Positions 1 to 15,439 of a DNA stretch of 64,000 nt are shown in pieces. The notes beneath the pieces are model-generated. The model had not been told where the DNA came from. It ran no database searches and saw nothing but the letters and a program-made list of their open reading frames with translations. The stretch is from NCBI RefSeq assembly GCF_000143415.4, contig NW_003314289.1, positions 153,109 to 217,108 on the forward strand. Reading direction: 5' to 3'. Positions within the stretch are counted from its first letter, which is position 1. Each line of letters opens with the position of its first letter. The translations under genes were made by a program, and so were the position numbers. The DNA is from Selaginella moellendorffii (Eukaryota; Plantae; Lycopodiophyta).

Positions 1-39
1 GCCCTGTCGCCGCGCTCAAGGGTGCCGGAAGAAGACGGA

Positions 40-170
40 CCACCGTCCTGCGCCCAATCGCCCTGATCGCCCTGATCAATCGGCGCATCCGCAATGCTGG
101 AGCCGGAGCTACCCCCGGATGCGCCGATTGATCAGGGCGATCAGAGCGATCATCAGGCACAGGACGGTGG
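40..170. repeat. GC-rich inverted repeat / long hairpin
   Basis: 63-91 (CTGATCGCCCTGATCAATCGGCGCATCCG) is the exact reverse complement of 116-144. Pairing extends imperfectly out to 40-50/160-170. Loop is 24 nt. Confidence 0.9.
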
Positions 171-915
171 CGCGTCTAGCTCCACCCTCGGGATGCTTTG
201 GACGAGGCTCCACTCCACAGGTTCTCATTTGATTTTTTCTATCACCATGCTCTTAGGAATGGCGTCCCGCAGTGCATAGCGCCTTCTCTCGTCTGTGAGC
301 ACCTCGAATGCCAGAACGAAGGCCAGTATCCTCACACCCATCTTGAACACTTCTATCAGTCGCTTGGAAACGTGATGCGAGTGCTTGGAAACGGGGATGG
401 ATACTTCGAGGCTCTAATGAAGGCTTCTCGTTTCAAGCTATCAGAAGGCACTGATCCTTGTTCCAACCTCAAGAAGATGGAGGTGGCCGAGGATAGAGAC
501 ATCAAGGACGACCTCTGATTGTCACTTGGTCTATCGATCGTTCCATTTCATTTGTGATTGTTTAGTTTTTTTTTTTCTTATAATGTGAGCCAAGGTCTTT
601 TTCCGAAGCGTCCAACTATCCACAGGCTCCAACCCAGCAGTAGTTTCGCTGGCTCTGTCTTAACCTCATCGGTGTGGGAACTGCGGAATTTTGGGGGTTT
701 GGCTGGGCGTGGTGATGATCCTAGCGATGGCCGTAGAAGCTCAGAGACATGGTGCTGAGTTGTCAGGCGCGCCGTGTGGGCTCACAAGATCTAACAAAAT
801 GCCTAGCGCTGAAGAATTGTGTCAGAAAATGGAGGCTAGAAACGGTTTCTGGATATGCCCAAACAGGGTATCTTTCGAGGTTGATTCATTTCATGCTAAT
901 AAATTGCTTGTACAA

Positions 916-1938
916 CTACATTGAGCATGGATATGTTTGTCTTACAAATGTCATGTTTCCCAGCTTATATGGAATATTTGATAAAAATTTTATAGGTTTG
1001 TTGTAAGTGCTTCCAAACACCCTCTCCCATTTTACTTTAGAAAATTGTACATTCTCCGCATCCCAGTGAATTAAGCACTTTGAAACCAAAGTCCCGTGAG
1101 AACTATACGCATGTAACTCATTATCTTTCATCACAACCAATTGTTTAATTGGCTCTCCATCCAGCTTTCCAGATAAACATTCCCAGGCAGACGTCTCCTC
1201 ATTCCAAAAATAAAGCCAATTTCCACCACTGTCCTTGAACCATTCTATTTTTACCAACAGTACCTTATTTAAAACTGTCATAGCTGGGATTACGCCACTC
1301 TCAATCACGGTAACGGTAAAAGGTTCACACCAACCCTTTGTACAAATGCTATGGCTCCCCATATCCAAGAATCGCAGCTCCAAACTCACTGCCTTAATTC
1401 CAACTGGGAAAGTTACACGCTCAAAAGCGCCCACAATTCCATCTTGAAACACAAGCATCCTCTCAAGCTTGCAATCTGTAGGCAATTCCGCTAGAACGCT
1501 CCATTCCTTTACATCCAAGTCATATCTTCCTAGTGTCTTGCCATCTGCTGCTATGTAGAGACTGCCTCTGAGGTACACCATTTGTGGATTGCTTGAAAAG
1601 GTGGTGGCGCAGAGATCTCTTGTGATTTGAATGCTGCTCCCCTTGGAAAGGTCAAACAGATGTGATTGCCCAATCTCTCGTGAGTACATGATCACAAACC
1701 CCTCGCTACAACACATGACTTCCCAGTTTACTTGATTACCACCAACAATTGGGCATGGAACTGCCTTGATCCCTAATATTTCATAAGGCAATCCTACCAT
1801 CTTCTGTAGCACGTGATTCCATTCGAACACTTCTTGCAAGCCTTGTCGAGTGCCCTTGTCTACCCTTGAAAAGATCTCCGCCAATAACTCCTCTGGTACC
1901 ATGACTCTGCCGCAAGAACAACCTAATATGTTAGCCAT
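916..1938 (-). CDS. Intronless F-box-like protein (340 aa)
   Basis: N-terminal VPEELLAEIFSRV resembles the start of an F-box. CCSEGFV and RYDLDVKEWSVL resemble F-box-associated/kelch-like strands. Confidence 0.6.
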   Translation of the reverse strand: MANILGCSCGRVMVPEELLAEIFSRVDKGTRQGLQEVFEWNHVLQKMVGLPYEILGIKAVPCPIVGGNQVNWEVMCCSEGFVIMYSREIGQSHLFDLSKGSSIQITRDLCATTFSSNPQMVYLRGSLYIAADGKTLGRYDLDVKEWSVLAELPTDCKLERMLVFQDGIVGAFERVTFPVGIKAVSLELRFLDMGSHSICTKGWCEPFTVTVIESGVIPAMTVLNKVLLVKIEWFKDSGGNWLYFWNEETSAWECLSGKLDGEPIKQLVVMKDNELHAYSSHGTLVSKCLIHWDAENVQFSKVKWERVFGSTYNKPIKFLSNIPYKLGNMTFVRQTYPCSM

Positions 1939-2091
1939 CTATTTATGGCTATTTGGAAGGAATAAAGGTATAATATTCTTGGAGATAATTCCACTGTAAT
2001 CGAATTTGGTTTCTTGATGGACAGACTCAGATAAACGTTTGTGGTTGCCCTTATTACGTAGTAGCCTTACAATGTCATACTTTTCCACTGT

Positions 2092-4912
2092 TCATTCTAA
2101 ACTCGTCAACCGTTTTAGATCAGGAAATACTGCTCCGTAGTCAAAGCCATAATAGAAACTGAATGTTCTCTCTGCCATTGCTAAGCATTCCCTTGCGGCT
2201 CCTGTGATCCCTGCAATAGATGCGAGCTTCAGACGTTCATATGCCATTGCAATGTGATCTTTCCCATATATGCGTTCAAGAATCTGAAGAGAACGAAAGA
2301 TAGAACTAAGTCGTCACAAAACAGTAATTTACCTCTATTGACCTTCGTGCGTGAACTATAGCGGCTGCAGGCTGCTGTCCTGCTTCACAATATAGTCTTG
2401 CCACTATGTCTTCCATCTGAAATGCAAAACTCATGAAGATATGATTTGCAAAAAATGAAAACGCACCTGAGCCAACTGCTTGCTGAATGGATGGAAGCAC
2501 TTTCTACCGTTCTCCAATAACCTTAAGCCATCAGCTATTGCCTCGTTCCCATTTAAACGACTGCCGCAAATTTGAAGATCCTCCAGGTTCCTTCTGCCAT
2601 CATCTTTCAAACTTCTAACCGCTTTACATGTCAAGCATCGTTTAGCAGGCAGAATAAACTGGGGTGAATCCTTGTTTATATCCTAGCAACACCCAGCCCC
2701 TCAGCAACGACACCGCGGCATAAAAAGAAAAACATACCTGCGGCAGAATGTTGCAATGCTCGATAAGAAACCTCACTGTGCCAGAACCTCCAGGCAGAAG
2801 TATATCCTCGTCAGAAGCGTCTGGATCCAGCACAATGCCTTGACAGCCAGGTTGACAACAGTAATATGCGATATGGAGCAAGTCCGACACTTAACCCAGC
2901 CGGCAGGCTTCGCAGCACCCAACCGCAAGGTAGTGATCTCTTAGCCATATCTTTCTCTGTGACTTTCAGATTCTCCGACCGGGCCAAAAGCAGTCAGTAT
3001 AAGCTAGTCAGATGAGCTGCTTACTTGAACGCCATAGCTTATCTCGAGCGGACAAAAAGCTGGAAGCGCCTCGGTACAATGAGCACGTAAGGTGCGCTTG
3101 ACATACGAGACATGGACGTTGGGGCTACAAGAATGATTGAACTTGCTACCACGCACAAAAAGAGCTTGAGCAACCACCACCTATCAGAAAACAGTATGGC
3201 ATTAAAACAGGAGTATAATACTACCAATTCTGCTTACATGCTCAATCCCGCAGATGTGCGCTCCCGACGAACTACCAGTCTCATCTGATGAATAGATGTG
3301 TATGATTCCCATCGCATTGAATCGAAGCATTGCAAGCAAAAGAACAAGCTGCATGAAGAGAACAAAATGAGCACGCACTTTTTCCTAGTTGAACAGACCT
3401 TGGCGAGAAGATCTTCAAAAGAAAACGCCAACCAAGAGGCCATCAGGCACTTTGCTAGAGTAGCAGCCAGGAGATAGAGCTCAACTTTAGTTTGAGATGG
3501 AAGATCGTTATAATGGTGGCAGAGATCAACCTCGCACTGCTAAACATTAAAAAGATGTTATAGAATATGTAAGTGTTACCTGTAAATTAGTGACTAAGAT
3601 TCTAGCAGCAAGAACACCCTCTTCGGGAAGAGCAGCAGCCCATCCACTGCCTCCACATTCCAATTTATGCTCCACTGGACCAAGGTTTTACAATTCTTAT
3701 CAGAACGAAACTTGAAATGTTTACCTGTTGCATCATCACGACAAGCATCGTTACAATATGATACAACTCCACATCCGATACAGGGAACAGAATCTGCTGG
3801 TACCACACCGAAACAGCCATGACAATGTGTAGGACGATGTTTTTTCAACAAGATCTGCGATATTGCAAGTGTTTACTCTCAATTCAGAACAAAAAGAAAA
3901 AAAAATGCATACCCCTGCTAAAGCTTCTTCCGAATGAACGAGCGTGCCAGCCTGAACTTCCGATGTTGTTCTCAGTCCCCACTGCTTATCAGCGCTCCAA
4001 TACATCGCCGTCTGAGCCGAAATACCAGCCTTCAAAGATGTGCTTAAATCTAGAGATGTTTTAAGCTTATAAAGAACATAAAAAAAAAAAAACGATCATC
4101 ACCTCTTTGCGCCTGTGGTGAGGCTAGCTTAAGCTTTTGACGAACTTGGAGGAGCTCAACCTCTACTTGCTTTTTGCCGCTCACCGAACACTCGCGAGTA
4201 TGAGCAGCTTCATGTCCAGGACAGCTCCTTGGTAGTCACACAAATCGGCCTTGATAAGTCCTCTCCTGTACCATGCCTCTAGCACCAACATTTATCAGTC
4301 TAGAGTTCCCAGAGCTCACAAACTTACTTTTGCATATGATTCGTTCAGCGCGATTGCTCGGTCACAATCCCTTATACCTTCCAGTTTTAAGCCCGATTTC
4401 TAGCACAGCATGAGCTTATTAGTGGACTCAAACGAGAGAAAAGAAAGAAAGGAACGCAAAGAGGAACCACTCTTACATGAAAGCTTGTCGCACGGTTCGA
4501 AAATATAGTCGCCAAATCATTGCACGATGCGGAATTCCATGGCATGAGCTTCAATGCCTGGTAAGATCCAGAGGAGATGAGTTTTCGTTTTACTTCGCAG
4601 CCATACCTTTGTGTAGTCTTGTATTGCTTGTTTGTAATCCCGCTGCTGAAATGCTCTGTTTCCATCTGCCTTGTGCTTCGCAGCCGATTCGTAATCCTTG
4701 CCACACGTAGTCGGCTGCAAAAGCCGGTCCAATGCCTGGATCGCGCAAAATGTAAGCTCAAACATCAACAAAAAACCACTTACATGACGAAAGACTGGAT
4801 CGCGATCGAGAAATGCGGCAAGCGCGGCTGCTGTAGACTCGATTTCCGCCTCTTTGCTGCGCTCGATGCGTTCCAGTAGTGGCCCTGGAACCCTTGCTCG
4901 TAGGCGCTCCAT
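2092..4912 (-). CDS. SMYD4-like TPR + MYND + SET domain lysine methyltransferase (multi-exon)
   Basis: TPR (KHKADGNRAFQQRDYKQAIQDY), MYND zinc finger (CHGC...CIGC...YCNDAC), SET motifs KFNHSCSP (~3120-3145) and EISYG (~3030-3050), C-terminal TPR-like helices. Stop at 2092-2094. Confidence 0.85.
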
Positions 4913-6204
4913 TCAAAAATCTTTAAAACCCTAAAAGGAATGAGAAACAATGTTTGAAGATTGGTCATGGTCTATTTGGGCGTTGAGACTTGTTAGAATT
5001 GTATGGTCATTATATCAACTTTTATTCAAGATGAGAAGAGAGCAAAGTGACATCATACAATCACCCTATTATTACCTATAATTAAAACAAACTAAAGTAT
5101 ATAATTTATACCTTTAAGTGTACCAATTTATTTGTTATTCTTATAGCTCTTGTATACCAGACATAACACAACTAAATAATATTAATCTTAAATATACCAT
5201 AAACTGGAAAAAATATTGTATGAGATGCAATTTAAATACATTGCAACTTTATCATTTAAAGAAAATGAAACGAATCTAATTTTTATATGTACTTATCATA
5301 ATTAGAATGATATGTCTTATATACTTTAAAATTGGAACATCATGTTTACAAAGTATTGACAATTTATATATTGCATTCTAGAGACTATAAATAGTTTGTA
5401 TCTATTTACAATATTACAAAAGATACTACTTTAAATTGTAAATTATTACTGTATAAATGTTGATCACTTGGATTACTTTTTGTAAGTATTATATTCTACA
5501 AAGACTAGACATGATATCTCATTTGAAACAATTTGTAAGTTAAATTATGTGTTTGTATATATAAAAGACTTCATTTGTTGGTGGTTAGAGCCTACTATGC
5601 TATTATTAATTAGTGAACAATGAACACACTTCTATCCTCTCTATATTAGACTTCAAGTAAAATAAAATAAAATAATTTCATATAGTTTTACCCACCATAA
5701 AAAATTTCACATAGAAGTAAAAAATATTATATTATGATGTATTTAATGCCATAACTTATTACTGACAACTGAGTTAATAGTAATAATAAATAAATTAATC
5801 TTGGAAATATATATATTTTATTTTGAATAAAATAAGAAAAAAACTATGTAAGGATAAATTTTACATGAAAATATACAAGATAAAGATAGAAATAAAAATA
5901 ATATTAATATTTTTTATATATTTATATTTTAGAAACCATTACACAAATATATTGTATATATAATGGAGGTGGTAATAAACTATTATAGGAGAATCATTTA
6001 GCTACATAGTATAACAATCTTATGTTCAGATTTCTGTTTCATTTATTATTATTAGAAGTGAATATTTTCTTATTTATTTTTATTAGAAATTATATATACT
6101 AATAAATTTCAAGTACATTAATAATTAAACTTTTTAGTGTTTTAACGTGTTAATATTTTAGTGACTTCAAATGATATATTTAATAAATGGAAGGTAATTA
6201 AGAA

Positions 6205-9200
6205 TATCTTCTTCGGCCATTGGTACTTGTCAGTACCCAAAAGCAAGATCTAGTTTAGTGAACCAACGACTTCACCCTAGATGATCCAAGAGATCAATAG
6301 TGTGAGGAAGAGGGTACATATCTGAGATCGTCACTTCATTTAACAGATGATAGTCAATGAATACTCCCATTAGACTTTGTCAGATAAGGTTTATATGCCC
6401 AAGGACTCTATGACTTCTAAATAACACCTTTTTCCAACATCTTCTTGATGTTTGCACATAAAATTTTAATCTCTTTTGGTGACCGATGACAAACAAGAAT
6501 CTTGATTAGACAAGCATCCTTATTTGGAATTGGATGATGTATAGCAATCTTGGCCTTAGACGATAGGTCAAATTCAAAGAGATTAGAATACTCCTTCATA
6601 AGCTGGTCAACTGTTACAATACAAAGATTGTCAGAGGGATTAGAAAAAGGAAGAGCAGAACAAGACAGAAACATAGAAAGAAGTAATGAGGGAACAGAAG
6701 TAATGGAAATAGAGGTAAAAGCAAAGGGACGAAAAGGTATAAAAGTGAGAGGAATGGATGAAATATAAGAAAGTATGAGACAAAAGGGAGAAGCCTCAAA
6801 GTCACATTTGGCATGATTGTGTTGCAACAAATTCATACCAAGGATAAAGTCAAAAACTTGACTCAGCACCACCTGCAACGATTGCAACCCAAGCTCGAGA
6901 TCACCTACATGCATAACTAGGTCTACATATGCATGTGTACGGCCATTGCCATAAAGAATGAAACTGGTTCCACTACACAACGCAAGTGTAGATGGCAACG
7001 TGTGGCAACAGGTTGAGCAATAGAAGATAAACTTGAACCTGTATCAACCAATATGAAGAGAATAATAGAAGACTACTTGTTATAAAAATGAGCTTGGAAA
7101 GTAAACACTAGATGAACTGGCGCCAAGTGAACCCTTTGATGTTACTTCCAAAAGAAAGATGGAGGGGTCATTGACTTATTTGCGTAAAGTCCCTCCGTTA
7201 CTTGTGCGACTCCTCATTTCTTAGATGTATCTCGGTGTTCAAAACTTCCACTGCAATAGCACTAACAAGACATTGTTGATGCCAAGGTTTCCACCTAGGA
7301 AATGGCGTCTGCTATCGCAAATATTACTTCGGGTTCGAGTTACCTGTCGGCTAGTCCTTTTGGATATTCTTTCCTTACTGCCATGATGGCAGGAGGTTGG
7401 TATTGCTAGACCCGTTATTAGTTCCCACTTGAGCTAGTTGAGAAACTAGTCATTGACCGTACACTTAAATCGGATAAACATAAGGTAGGAACTCCTATGT
7501 GTTTCTTGCTGAGCATACTCGGCCCAGTTTGAGAAACTCCTATCATTGGCTTGCACTTGCTAATATCAAGAACCCCCGTGATATTGAGCTTGGTCCCTCA
7601 ATATCACTAGATGATAGCTTACCGTGTCTGCCAAACACTTTCGCTATCATGCCCTTTGTGTTAGCCTCATTTTGGTCCCAAATGCTATTTATGGAAAGTG
7701 TCTAAATTTGCTCATTTGGCATATTTACGAAATGTAGAGATTGTCTTGAACATAATAGTATTCATCCCGTGTTCAAATTCACAATCTAGCGCCATTCCAT
7801 ATTTAGTAAGTTTTGACCAAAGATTAACTCTTGATACTAAGGGAGGCTTGGGATGAAAGTCCAAAGCGTGTGTTCCTCAAGGGGAAGGGGGGGGGGGGGG
7901 GGGGGAGTTAGGGGGTTTCAAATGTAAGTAGGGATAGTGGGTAGCTCGGGCATGGCCGACCAACCTAAGGCATAGTTTAGCTCCTGCTTGCGTGCCTATC
8001 CTTGTTCTACGTTCGGCTTGGGTCTAAGCCCAAGTTCCACACCATGTTAGCTGGTGGAGTACCCATGTCCTCGCTTTAAGCCACCAGTATATTGAAATAG
8101 TGCCAGACTCTATTTAGCTCCATTTTGTGTATTGGTCCTGGCATTGAGATGCTGGATACTCTAGGACCGTTCCAAATCACTCTGTGCTCCTGTTCCTTCA
8201 CTCCTTGGGTTGTATGCTCGGGAGTTGTTCCATGGTCCGGGTCTATCACTCCTTGGCTCCATACTTGGGAGTTTGGCACCGTTTCTTCGTTCAGTGGCCC
8301 AAGACCCTGAAACTCGGGTTCCACACCATTGTCTTTTGGACACGTGGCATGTGACACGTGGCATCTGTCATGTGGCACAAAGAGGGTTCGTGGTGTTATC
8401 CTATGGTAAATCACCATAGGATAAAGGGTAAAAACCATATGCGCTACAGCTGCCAATTTGGAAAACACTAACAACACCGATAAATGTGACCAACTTCATT
8501 ACACACCTAACAACAAACATCACAGCCACGACCACAGCTTTGCCCTTGTCCTTAGACTCTAGCAATAGCAGCATCAACCTCCATTGGAACAGGATTATCA
8601 CCCACAGGAAGTTGAGTTGAAGGATGTGCAGCGAGAAGTGGAAGAGGCGACATCTCTTAACATTGTGCCAAGCGAAGATCATTGTCAAGGGTAGCGGGAG
8701 CAAGTGTTTGCACAAGTTCGACAAAATTTTAACGAAGTGTTGGTTACAACATTCTTAGCTTGATCCGCTTCAATATATTTGGCTTTGCACGAAGCAAGAG
8801 GCTTCAGAAATGAATGCCAAATTGCATCACTGACTCATATAGCCCTTGACAAAGATGATGCAATTGTTAGAAGGCATTATCACAATTGTTGACATATTCG
8901 AATGTGTGTTTGAAAACGTTCAGGAGAACACTCTAATCCTCACGAGTGGCTGCGTTCAAACCATTGTACCACTGCAACACTGTCCTTTGGAGACACGTGG
9001 GAAACTCATGCAAATGTCAAGCATTATCCCAAAAATGATATGTGGCAATCATTATGAAGCAATCGAACCAATTATACACATCATCCCCGGGATTCCCACG
9101 AGGCTGAATGAGAGGATTGGCACCAAGAGTAGGAGGAGTTGTACCACGTGCTGTGAATACCGCTATCAATTAAGTTTGGTTGTTCAATTGTAATTGCATA

Positions 9201-9657
9201 GCATCAAACAATTGTACTAACTGCTACTTCAAAGTCAAAGGAGGAGGAGATTATTGATCTACCATGAAGAGAAATAAAAAAGAAAAAGCAAAAGAAGAGA
9301 AATGAAAAAAGCTAGCCTGAAAGGGAAATCTAGACAATGCAAAAAGCTAGATTTAAACCAAAATCCTAAAAAAATAGAATAAAAGAAAGGAAATAGAATT
9401 TAAACAATGCAAAAGCTAGATTTAAACCAAAATCCTAAATTCAAGCACTCCTCAGGGACAATTAAAGATGCCCCTCACCTTCACCAATATGAGTGTATAG
9501 AATATGGAAAAGGAATACAAAAAAATGTGCATATCAATTAGCCCAAAAACCCAAACTTATATATAAGAGCGAATGGTCCGGATTAAAACCAATCCAACGA
9601 CTATCAAAATCCCACTATGCTAATATTAGTATATGGCATTGTAGCTATAACCTCACA
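6205..9657 (-). mobile_element. Degenerate, 3'-truncated Ty3/gypsy LTR retrotransposon (5' LTR 9488-9657, gag, protease, start of RT)
   Basis: Colinear with the element at 31430-35978. Shares the LTR, PBS region, ILYGNGRTH protease segment and the RT start up to about 6205. Many stops and transitions. Confidence 0.9.
7310..8448. mobile_element. Nested ~1.14 kb insertion in the gypsy gag, probable solo LTR of another family
   Basis: Homology to the intact copy (around 34750) stops at ~7309 and resumes at ~8450. The insert starts TG and ends CA, and contains a G-run and repeated CACGTGGCA motifs. No clean TSD seen. Confidence 0.55.
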
Positions 9658-10351
9658 CATCTATATACTTTAAATAAATAACTCTCTAAGTAAAATCAAA
9701 AGTGAACACTGTTGATAAAAATTATCTTTACAGATAAATACATTATACTAGTTTATATAGATTTTAAGACATTTTATAAAGAATATTTGTTATAGTTTAG
9801 CAATAGTTATGTCATACCAAAAGAGGAATATAAGAGAATTGTTAAATACGTACAATGTTATGGGGATTTAAATTCAAGACTTACTTGGCCTTATGTCTAC
9901 ATTGTAAATAGTATATGAATGAATGAATGAAATTGAAAAATGTGATATTTATGTTAAAGTTTAATTCATGCTTGAAATTGCTAAGGTTTGCATATCACTA
10001 TGAAGAAGATGATTGATCCTAAGATACTATCATTGTAGAAGCACAAAATCAAGGTGGAGGGAAGATGCATTTTTGCATTGCAATAAAGAGGGGAAAGAAG
10101 ATGTCTACCAAGTTGAAAAGGGGTCAAGCTCCCATGGGAGTTGCTGCCCTCTAGAGTGGGCAATCTTAAGGCTCTCATGACACAAATATTTCATGAGCAT
10201 AGGACGTTTTTTCTCCTCTAACCAATTCTTGATAAATTAAAATAATTCTTGTATCAAATAGTCAATCTTAGCTGTAAGCTTTTTTTACAAGGCAAAGACT
10301 TTTACTCAAGAATAAAAGGCAATCATTTGTTCTCTGGAATAATATCTCAAA

Positions 10352-11793
10352 ATGATATTTGCCTTCACTTTTTATTTTGCAATTGCTCAAGCAACTGAAG
10401 TTTATAAGGTAGATTTATAAGTAAAATCTAGCTTTAGAAACTCATACTTAATATCACAGCTATCCAATGGAGAAGTTATTAAATGCATAAATTTTGAAGA
10501 GCAAATATCTCTCAATGGGAAAATCAAAGAAATCCAAGTAAGTATGAATAATCGAATGAGTACTATATATTTAATGTCTCAAACAGTTATCTCCACCAAT
10601 TACATTTCCCAGTAAGTCACCACCAAAACCATTTCCTCAGCATTTTTCTATAGAGATTGGCTCATGTCCACAAGGAAAAATACCAGTAATTCAAAACAAT
10701 CTGACAAAAAGTTTCAGATCAAAGTACCCTAAGCTCTCAAACATTAGTCTAGAAAATGCTCCAGTTCACGAGGTTTGCAATTGCAAAAGCAATCAATATG
10801 ATCATTTATATTTATAATTTACAACAGCATGCTGGCTACAGCCACATTCTCCCCAATCCTGTTTTTGGGATGACAACCACAACTAGCCTTTGGCAACCAG
10901 ATACCGAATCCAACAACTTTAGCTTGTCCCAATTCTGGGTGGTGCATTTAGCTGGACAAACAAAAACTACACTCGAAGCTGGATGGCAGGTGTTGTATTT
11001 TATTCCGTTTTACTCTGTTACTAATCCAGTGTTTATGTAGGTGTTTCCATCGATGTATGGGAATAACGAGCCTCATCTGTTCGTTTACTGGACAGTAAAT
11101 GAATCTTCTCTCAATTTAAAGTCCCAGTAACATACTAAATCTTTTTCAACAGGCAGATGATTACCAGGACACTGGATGCTACAATCTGGAGTGCCCCGGT
11201 TTTGTACAAGTGAGCAACAAGATTGTCCCAGGGGCTACTCTAAGGCCAGCTTCTCAACGCGGAGGACCTCAGACATTACTTGGCTTCCTCGTTTACCAGG
11301 TGAGAGCGAAAAATTCTCGAAAGATGCTTTGATGCGAAGCGCAGGACCCCGAGACGACGAACTGGTGGCTTCGAGTGGAGGACGAGTACGTTGGCTACTG
11401 GCCGGGCTCGGTGGTTCCGAATCTCGCCAATGGTGCCACACATGTAGACTTTGGCGGAGAAGTTTTCTACCACAAAGTTGAGACATTGATTTGCTTTGCC
11501 ATGCGATCTTAACTCTTTAATCTTTACGGCAGGGTAGCGAGCACACGACAACGCAGATGGGAAGTGGCGAGTTCCCAGAGGCCGGGTTTAAAAACGCAGC
11601 CTATCACCGAGACATGTACCATGTTCTCCTCGGTAACGATCACGCTTTGCACTACACGCTGTTGGCTCTCAACGGCAGGTTCTCTCGAGTACCCTCCTGT
11701 TATAGAGTGGGACCAGCGCTGAATACCAACGGTGATACGTGGAAAAATTATTTCTTTTTTGGAGGTCCGGGCCGCAACCCAGCGTGCCCTTGA
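10352..11793 (+). CDS. Neprosin-like (DUF239) secreted glutamic peptidase, copy 1
   Basis: Signal-like start, propeptide (GEVIKCI...CPQGKIPV), FSLSQFW, LEAGWQ, GCYNLECPGFVQ, FGGEV, QMGSGEFP, FFFGGPG. Both putative catalytic Glu residues are retained. Start codon uncertain. Confidence 0.85.
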
Positions 11794-12167
11794 GATAGGC
11801 ACCACACGAAAACGAGAGTTCCATTGTTTTGATCCCTGCGAAATGAAATAAGCATTTACATAAACTCCAGAAAGGCTTGAAACCTGGAAAATTCGTTTTT
11901 CTAACGCTCCGCTCCTTGGGATCCTATCAAACCAAAACGAGCCTTGAGTTGAAAAACCAAGCAGAGCGAAGCGAGCGTTGTGCGAGCTATGGGCGTGAAG
12001 AGAGAAAAGAATGCCTTGCACTGAGAAACTTACCGCAAGCAAAGAAGTACGTAGAGCAAGAAGTGTCACCTTTGTTGACGTTGGTGGACAACAGAGTTGA
12101 GACTTCTAAAGACTTGCCTTTGAGACGATATCTTGCGCTGGAAAAATGTGGACTTTGCTGAAAAGGC

Positions 12168-12702
12168 TGGCGAGCACACAACGACGAAGATGGGAAGTGG
12201 CGAATTCCCAGAGGCCGGTTTTTGACGCGCTGCCTATCACCGAGAAGTGTACCTTGTTCGCCTTGGTAGCGACCACGGTTTGCGATACACGCCATTGGTT
12301 CTCGAGCACAGGTTATCTCGAGTGCCTTCCCGTTATAGAGCTGTATAGCAACGGTGAGAAGTGGAAAAATTACTTCTTTTTCGGAGGTCCCGGCCGCAGC
12401 CCCTTGAGATAGCCACCGCACGAAAACGAAACCACTGTTTTGATGCGTGAAAGGAAATAAGTTCTGACAAAACTACCAGCACTAAAAGCTTACTTTTGTC
12501 TTTAGAACGACCAGAAACTGGAGCTTTTCTAAGGCTGAGGTGCTCAACGTGTCCTTAGAATCGTCTCACAAACGGAAACGTGCCTTGAGTAGAGCGTTTC
12601 AGCGAGCGTCGTGCGAGCTATGGCTGTGGAGAGAAAGTAAAGAAATCAGTACCTTGCACTGAGAAACTTACCGCCAAGCAAAGCACAAAAAGAAGTACGT
12701 AG
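12168..12702 (+). pseudogene. Tandem duplicate of the neprosin-1 last exon plus 3' flank
   Basis: 12168-12702 parallels 11535-12052 (GATGGGAAGTGGCGA.TTCCCAGAGGCCGG; WKNYFFFGGPGR; shared downstream sequence) with frameshifts. Confidence 0.8.
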
Positions 12703-12715
12703 TGCTACAGGTGTT

Positions 12716-14853
<2,138 letters not shown>

Positions 14854-15439
14854 TCAAGATGTCCAAAAAGGCCAAGAAGAGCCTCGTCGACCAAGTTGGC
14901 GGAAGAAAAATCCCATCTCCCGTGCACAAACGTGGCAGTCGTTGCATTCTGGGCAGTGTGCTTCGCAGGAGCGCATCCAGGAAGAGAATATGCGCACGTA
15001 TATGCCCGGCCCGCCATATCTCCTCTTTCACAGACTATCCAGTTCTTTCCGTTTCCATCGTAATCGAAGGAAGTTGGATGTTCTGTTCTTCCGCCCCGAG
15101 ATTCTCAACATGCATTCCCCGGTAACTATCCCCGTTCCCGAATTTAGTTCCCTGTTCTTTTAGTTGCTTGGCGACTAGAGCGCCAAGTAGCTTATTGAAA
15201 GACACCTGGTTTTCTTCAATGTTGCTACACTGTTTTGGCGATGTCCTGTAAAGAAGAGGAATGAGACTTTGGAGGGTGTTCTTAACAAACAAGCTTACTA
15301 GTTTGATCCTCTCCGCATACAAACCGCTGCTTGCATCGTTGAGGCAAAACATTGTCATTCTGGGTTTTAAAGCTGCAAGGAACTAGTAAGTAAGCAAAGA
15401 AAGAAAGCAACTGCAGGCAAGGCAGCCTTTGCTCACCTT

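Noticed and set aside
198-924. Short ORFs (106 aa; 77 aa signal-peptide-like with Cys)
   Set aside because: No recognisable family. The 77-aa frame starts at TTG just after a stop, and its first in-frame ATG falls inside the hydrophobic stretch. These may be exons of a gene starting outside the window.
4980-6200. Very AT-rich stretch
   Set aside because: No ORF, termini or periodicity seen. Probably decayed TE or intergenic DNA.
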